From: Acidobacteriota bacterium
GTDB taxonomy: Bacteria > Acidobacteriota > UBA6911 > RPQK01 > JAJDTT01
Assembly: GCA_965263035.1 (NCBI GenBank)
Contig: OZ253580.1
Span: 1,760,001-1,824,000, forward strand
Direction of reading: 5' to 3'
DNA length: 64,000 bases
The translations under genes were made by a program, and so were the position numbers. The notes under the pieces were generated by a model. The model saw only the letters and a list, made by a program, of their open reading frames with translations, had not been told where the DNA came from and did not search any database. The number at the start of each line of letters is the position of its first letter. Within the stretch, counting starts at the first letter, position 1. Of this stretch, positions 60,501-64,000 are shown one piece after another.

Positions 60501-60661
60501 CTGCCGTCGAGGGTGAGCAGAGCGCCGATCTCGAAGTATCCGGTCGCGATGTCGAACGCCTTCGCGATGCTGGACCACTCCTCCAAGTACCGGAGCCCGG
60601 TCCAGCCGGAGACACTGTTGTCGACGATAAAGAGCTCGTGGCCCTTGGAGTCAGCGGTCAT
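57512..60661 (-). CDS. SNF2-family helicase with N-terminal PLD nuclease domain
   Basis: IATGYF, HAKAY...GSSNFT (PLD), DGVGLGKT, IDEAHHFRN, LTATPINN, KRFESS, IFTEFADT, SEGLNLQ, WNP.RL.QRIGRVDR. Confidence 0.93.
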   Translation of the reverse strand: MTADSKGHELFIVDNSVSGWTGLRYLEEWSSIAKAFDIATGYFEIGALLTLDGRWQGLDKIRILMGAETTHRTRKAILEAVRAQALDRLDESIEEDKEPNPFLHGVSAILDALRSGKIECRVYDKAKFHAKAYITHAKLEVVGSQALVGSSNFTRPGLTKNIELNVQIQSSREVAQLQEWFETHWNEASGVTEAVIETISRHTHPYSPFDVYAKALQQFFRGHELTATEWDETRSRMFPHLDRYQKEAYWALMKIARQHRGAFLCDGVGLGKTFVGLMLIERLILHEGKRVALFAPKGAKEGVWEPHLRQWLPHIGGVGGGGDFSNLAVFSHTDLGRKGDFPQRFQRIAELADIVVIDEAHHFRNPGRRRDPDRGIEPSRYYRLFELLDNAERPKTVFMLTATPINNRLSDFRHMTELFTRRDESYFARTIGVNNLRAHFSQMERMLRSRLGQDVADAAEHMIEAQEILFTDAFFRELVVQRSRAYARESQIREYGKAAAFPDRRDPQVAAYSIRKTYGRMLELFENAFAKQSPLFTLPMYYPLFWYRGPDKDIDPFEENRQRQVIGLIRTNFLKRFESSVAAFELSCDRLLKKLLAFIEVHSESDAEKKRLKRWKAQNADILGCAVQRQFELWGEEGKEADDDDVVPQEMLEAVERLDRAAYDVKEMMAETFLDLDQIVRFLAEARKFEPKHDDKLQKLIRLLKSKALADQKILIFTEFADTARYLKRQLDEAGIEGVEQVDSATKKNRSEVIQRFAPYYNGRSSPELAERGSEETRVLISTDVLSEGLNLQDASRMINYDIHWNPVRLMQRIGRVDRRMNPAIEKRLVADHPEAAASRGRVWFWNFLPPQELNEILSLYTKVTQKTLLISKTLGIEGKKLLTPEDDYEALKEFHHAYEGTRTAVEDMHLEYQALLQADPELEARLARFPGAIFSGRKRPAKGMRGVFFCYALPALDKEKNEFTEEAGTTRWYFYDLDRETILEEPGEIVASIRSKPETPRRCTMEEKTLLDIRKRIEKHIKNSYLKRVDAPVGVKPRLRCWMELNEG

Positions 60662-60864
60662 GATGCTCCCTGCCGGTCCGCAAAGCGCATTGCGACCATC
60701 TGCGTGCCAGCAGCGTCCTTCTTGCCCTTCAGACCCACACCGGCACGTTCGGGATCTTGCTTGATACGGACACAATTACCGGGATCGACAATCACGGCGA
60801 CATTCCGAATCAAGGTCAGTCGGTCCTCCAACGGGTTAAAGTCTCTCGTCGTTTTGTCGCCCAT
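60658..60864 (-). CDS. Small ORF translationally coupled to the helicase gene (may be a remnant)
   Basis: 68 aa; its TGA overlaps the helicase ATG (ATGA). Confidence 0.35.
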   Translation of the reverse strand: MGDKTTRDFNPLEDRLTLIRNVAVIVDPGNCVRIKQDPERAGVGLKGKKDAAGTQMVAMRFADRQGAS

Positions 60865-60946
60865 AAAGCAGAGTACTGTGGCTTGAAAGTTTTCACCCAG
60901 AAATTCGCAAGCAGTTGTTAAATAGGGACTTAGGAGGTATTCTCAA

Positions 60947-61375
60947 GCCCCGATTTTATCATAGTCATTAGGTAGTCTATCGGTACCATACAATAGATAA
61001 CAAAAGACTTACACAAAACCGAGGGCCTGAACAATGGGCCGAAAACGCGAACATCAGCTTCCGCTCTCCGGGCTCTGACCCGATCACCAACTCGCCCAGG
61101 AGCTGAAAGTCGTTTCCAGGATCTTGGAGGAATATCCCTCGGTCCTGGATCCGGTCTTACACGATCTGTGTGACTCCGTTCGCTCTGGCCAGGGCGCTCC
61201 GGGTCTGTCCGCGGAGCAGGTGCCGCACTCAGCCATCCTCAAGAACTGGCATCAGCTTTCCTACACCAAAGTGGCTTTCCACTCGAGCGACTCCCAGAGT
61301 TTTCGTTGCTTCGCCCGCCTAGCCTTCGGCTGCTCCCCAAGTGCTTCCTGTCTGTCGGAGAACATCCCCTACGAT
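60947..61375 (+). pseudogene. ISNCY/IS5-like transposase N-terminal remnant with probable left end
   Basis: From ATG 61034: MGRKREHQLPLSGL*PDHQLAQEL...GAPGLSAEQV...LSY..VAFH..DS.SFRCFARL; in-frame stop and truncation. Confidence 0.7.
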
Positions 61376-61384
61376 CGGGGGGGG

Positions 61385-61509
61385 CTGTAGGCGAGGCGCA
61401 TCTCTTGTATGGAGGGCTCGTCGGCGGGGCGGTCGGGGGCGGAATTATCGGCTATCAGTTGGGAAAGAGCCGGGACCGGGAAACCACCATCATCACGATT
61501 GTCGACTGA
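61385..61509 (+). pseudogene. 3' fragment of a third glycine-rich membrane protein paralog
   Basis: GGGIIGYQLGKSRDRETTIITIVD matches the end of 37935..38510 (GKRKDRETTIIKIVD). Confidence 0.75.
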
Positions 61510-61550
61510 CTCACCGGAATTTTTTCCGGCGCAAAGCGTGGACTCGAGGA

Positions 61551-62312
61551 CTACACGTCCACCCGGACATGTTTCATGGCCTCGTAGGCCGGAGACGCCT
61601 TTCCCTGAAGGTGCAGGAAGGGGTACCGGTAGTCCTCCTCCCCCACCCAACGGGATTCGCCGGTCATGAAGATCACGGTGTAGGCGCGCCGAGAGCGCGG
61701 GCTCCGGTTGGGCTCGCTCCGGTGATAGGTCAGGCAATGGTGGAACCCCACGCTTCCCTTGGTCAGCTCCACCGGAATCTCACCCCCCAGACGGCTCAGA
61801 GCCTCCTGGGTCAGCTTCCAGGTATTCCCGGGCACATCCGTATGCTCGTGATCGAGCAGGCCCACCTTGTGGCTCCCGGGGATCACCGTCAGACATCCGT
61901 TCTCGCGGGTCGCGTCTTCCAACGCGATCCAGGCCGTCAGCATCCGGTAGGGCTCGAAACTCCAGTAGTACATGTCCTGGTGGGGCGGGACCACGCCCCC
62001 TTCCAGCGCCGGCTTGGCAAAGAGTCCGTCCGCGTAGATGTCCAGGTCGGGCCCGAGGATCTGCTCGACGACGGCAGACAATTTGGGATGGGTGGCCACG
62101 GCGCGAAAAACCGGGTCGCGGTGGAGCAGCCCGAAGGCGTTCCGGAGCGCGGAATGATTGGTGGGCTCCCACTTGAGGTCTCCTTGGGGGTAAGGGATAT
62201 CCCGCCTTTCCAGGGCGTCCACCCGGGCCATGAGTTCGTCCATCTCCGCAGGAGTGAAGACGTCCTCCACGATGATATATCCGTTCTCGTCAAAGCAGCG
62301 CTTGAGGTCCAT
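61551..62312 (-). CDS. Phytanoyl-CoA dioxygenase (PhyH) family Fe/2OG oxygenase
   Basis: FDENGYI, KP, PHQD (HxD), WIALED...NGCL.VIPGSH, H.S..N.S..RR; RBS aaggag. Confidence 0.93.
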   Translation of the reverse strand: MDLKRCFDENGYIIVEDVFTPAEMDELMARVDALERRDIPYPQGDLKWEPTNHSALRNAFGLLHRDPVFRAVATHPKLSAVVEQILGPDLDIYADGLFAKPALEGGVVPPHQDMYYWSFEPYRMLTAWIALEDATRENGCLTVIPGSHKVGLLDHEHTDVPGNTWKLTQEALSRLGGEIPVELTKGSVGFHHCLTYHRSEPNRSPRSRRAYTVIFMTGESRWVGEEDYRYPFLHLQGKASPAYEAMKHVRVDV

Positions 62313-62436
62313 GGTTTCTCCCTTTCTCGACCCTCTCGCCCGGTGAGGCACAACAATATAGACGCAGCTCTCATGCGGAGCAAAGCCGCGCTTGAACCTC
62401 GCGGGAAATTCGGCGCCGCCGGAAACGGCGCCGCGG

Positions 62437-63213
62437 TCAAGTGGAGCCCTTGCCGACAGCCGTGAGTCCGTACAGATTCAGAAGCTCGATGAATTCCTGG
62501 CTCTCGCGAATACCGTCGAAGACCCCGTCCGCCGCCAGCCGCTCCTGGTCCGCGAATCCAGCCGCCAACGCCTTCCCCAGATACTTCAGACACTGGGCCT
62601 GGTTCCCCATTTCGGCAAAGAGGCGGGCCAGATTGTAGTTCGTTTCCGAGTCCATTCCCATGGGGTCCGGATAGGTCAAGCGGGATACACTCGTTGTTTT
62701 GAAGATCTCCGGGTCCAGAAGCGCGGCCTGGAGATAAGCTCCGCGAGCTTCCTCGTACCGGCCCCGCATCATCTGGCTGTAACCCAGGTTGACGTGATAG
62801 GACGCCTTCGGATCAAGGGCGATGGCCTTTTCGAAGTAGCCGACCGCCTGCTTGTACTTTCGATTCGAAAGGGCGACGATTCCCAACGTGTTGTAGTCGG
62901 AGGCGTATCCCGGCTGGAGCCGGATGGAGCGCTCCGCCGCCTTCCGTCCCTGCCAATACCTCCCGGTCCGGCAATAGGCGATGGCCAACCGGTTGAAGAT
63001 GGCCTCGTGATACGGATTCAGCGTCGTCGCCTCGACGTATTTCAAGACCGCCAGATGATCCTTGCCCTCATTCATCATCTCGTCGGCCTCACCCATTAGA
63101 CGATAGGCCTCGATCACTTTCTCTTGTGGAACCGGTAACTTCTTGATGCGAGAAAGGCCACAACCGAGGAGCGAACCGGTCAAGACGATGATGGCGGCTC
63201 CCCGAAATCTCAT
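62437..63213 (-). CDS. TPR-repeat lipoprotein
   Basis: Lipobox LLGC; TPR-like repeats (YNTLG..., YFEKAIALDP, YNLA). Confidence 0.85.
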   Translation of the reverse strand: MRFRGAAIIVLTGSLLGCGLSRIKKLPVPQEKVIEAYRLMGEADEMMNEGKDHLAVLKYVEATTLNPYHEAIFNRLAIAYCRTGRYWQGRKAAERSIRLQPGYASDYNTLGIVALSNRKYKQAVGYFEKAIALDPKASYHVNLGYSQMMRGRYEEARGAYLQAALLDPEIFKTTSVSRLTYPDPMGMDSETNYNLARLFAEMGNQAQCLKYLGKALAAGFADQERLAADGVFDGIRESQEFIELLNLYGLTAVGKGST

Positions 63214-63515
63214 GGCACCGACCCCAAAATAGCGGTCCCCATCAAAGAGTAATCGAGTGGCCCGCCTCTCACTCTCGGAAACAACAGCCGCAGAGGCCGA
63301 GCGGGGCCGCCCCGGACCAGACCGCGGCAGGATCAGATTCGATCCCGGGATCGTCGGGGCATTGCTCACTTGCGTCCGAAACCTCCCGGTGCCTCGGAGC
63401 GCGAAATTCGGCGACGGAAACCGTATCCTTGTATGCTTCCGATTATATCGGGAAAGTTCGTTTTCGGGCGCCTGGCCCGAATCCATGGAGCTGCAGGATC
63501 AGGGAGGTCCCAAGT

Positions 63516-64000
63516 ATGACTCTTCGTACGATGTCGGTTGTTCTCATCGGTTTCGTCCTGTCTCTGCAGCCGAGCGCCGGCGCCGGGAAAGAGACGGTCC
63601 TATTCCCGTTCGACGACTACAGCCTGCCCTTCAGCAAGGGCTTGGTGCTAGAACTCGTGCCGGGCCGAAAGAGCACGGTCAATCGGGGCACCGGAGCCGA
63701 TCCCCTGCACCCGAACAAGCCGGTTGTTCCTCCCGGCAAGCCGGGAGATCCGGACCATCCGCGGGTCTACTACTACGGGACCGTCCTGAAAATCGATGGC
63801 GAGTACCGCATGTGGTACACCGGTTGGGACAAGGAAAAGAAGAGACAGGTCCTCTATGCCGTTTCCCAGGACGGGGTCCGCTGGGACAAGCCCAACCTGG
63901 GACTCGTCGAGTACAACGGGAACCGGCGGAACAACCTGGTTCTGTTGGACGGCAAGGGGCCCATGAAGGGAGCCTTCTGCCTGGTCCTCCACGAGCCGGA
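63516..64000 (+). CDS. Secreted beta-propeller glycosidase-like protein (runs off the window), same family as 39381..41075
   Basis: Manual translation MTLRTMSVVLIG...YGTVLKIDGEYRMWY...YAVSQDGVRWDKPNLGLVEYNG; RBS gggagg. Confidence 0.8.
   Translation, partial: MTLRTMSVVLIGFVLSLQPSAGAGKETVLFPFDDYSLPFSKGLVLELVPGRKSTVNRGTGADPLHPNKPVVPPGKPGDPDHPRVYYYGTVLKIDGEYRMWYTGWDKEKKRQVLYAVSQDGVRWDKPNLGLVEYNGNRRNNLVLLDGKGPMKGAFCLVLHEP

Noticed and set aside
1-64000. CRISPR array, rRNA or integron attC array
   Set aside because: No regularly spaced repeats or rRNA-like sequence were seen.

Overview
A GC-rich bacterial window with three parts. The host may be an Acidobacteriota-like heterotroph, but that is inferred from gene content only. 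(1) About 0.7-22.7 kb and 34.7-42.6 kb hold catabolic genes: a sugar porter, SDRs, a Zn-ADH, an Ldh_2 enzyme, GH127-like and other Tat-exported hydrolases, an extradiol dioxygenase fusion, an aldolase, an IolE-like dehydratase, a PQQ/cytochrome c dehydrogenase, an amidohydrolase and an LLM oxidoreductase. Gene fragments and MITEs are scattered among them. (2) About 24.3-34.5 kb is a compact, tail-less capsid-forming phage-satellite-like element. On the minus strand it reads: Cre-like tyrosine recombinase, RHH regulator, Rep-like gene split by IS1380, ori-like hairpin, two small ORFs, then TerL-HNH-capsid-protease-portal in an unusual order. (3) About 44.8-60.7 kb is a tightly coupled four-gene defence-like operon: PLD-SNF2 helicase; Type ISP-like N6-adenine methyltransferase fused to a LexA-type S24 peptidase (split by IS630); reverse transcriptase-nitrilase fusion (UG1/DRT1-like); and a RecD-like helicase-nuclease. 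This island is bracketed by three copies of the 3' end of a phytanoyl-CoA dioxygenase gene. No rRNA, intact tRNA or CRISPR array was seen. All product calls come from motif recognition by eye; no database searches were run.
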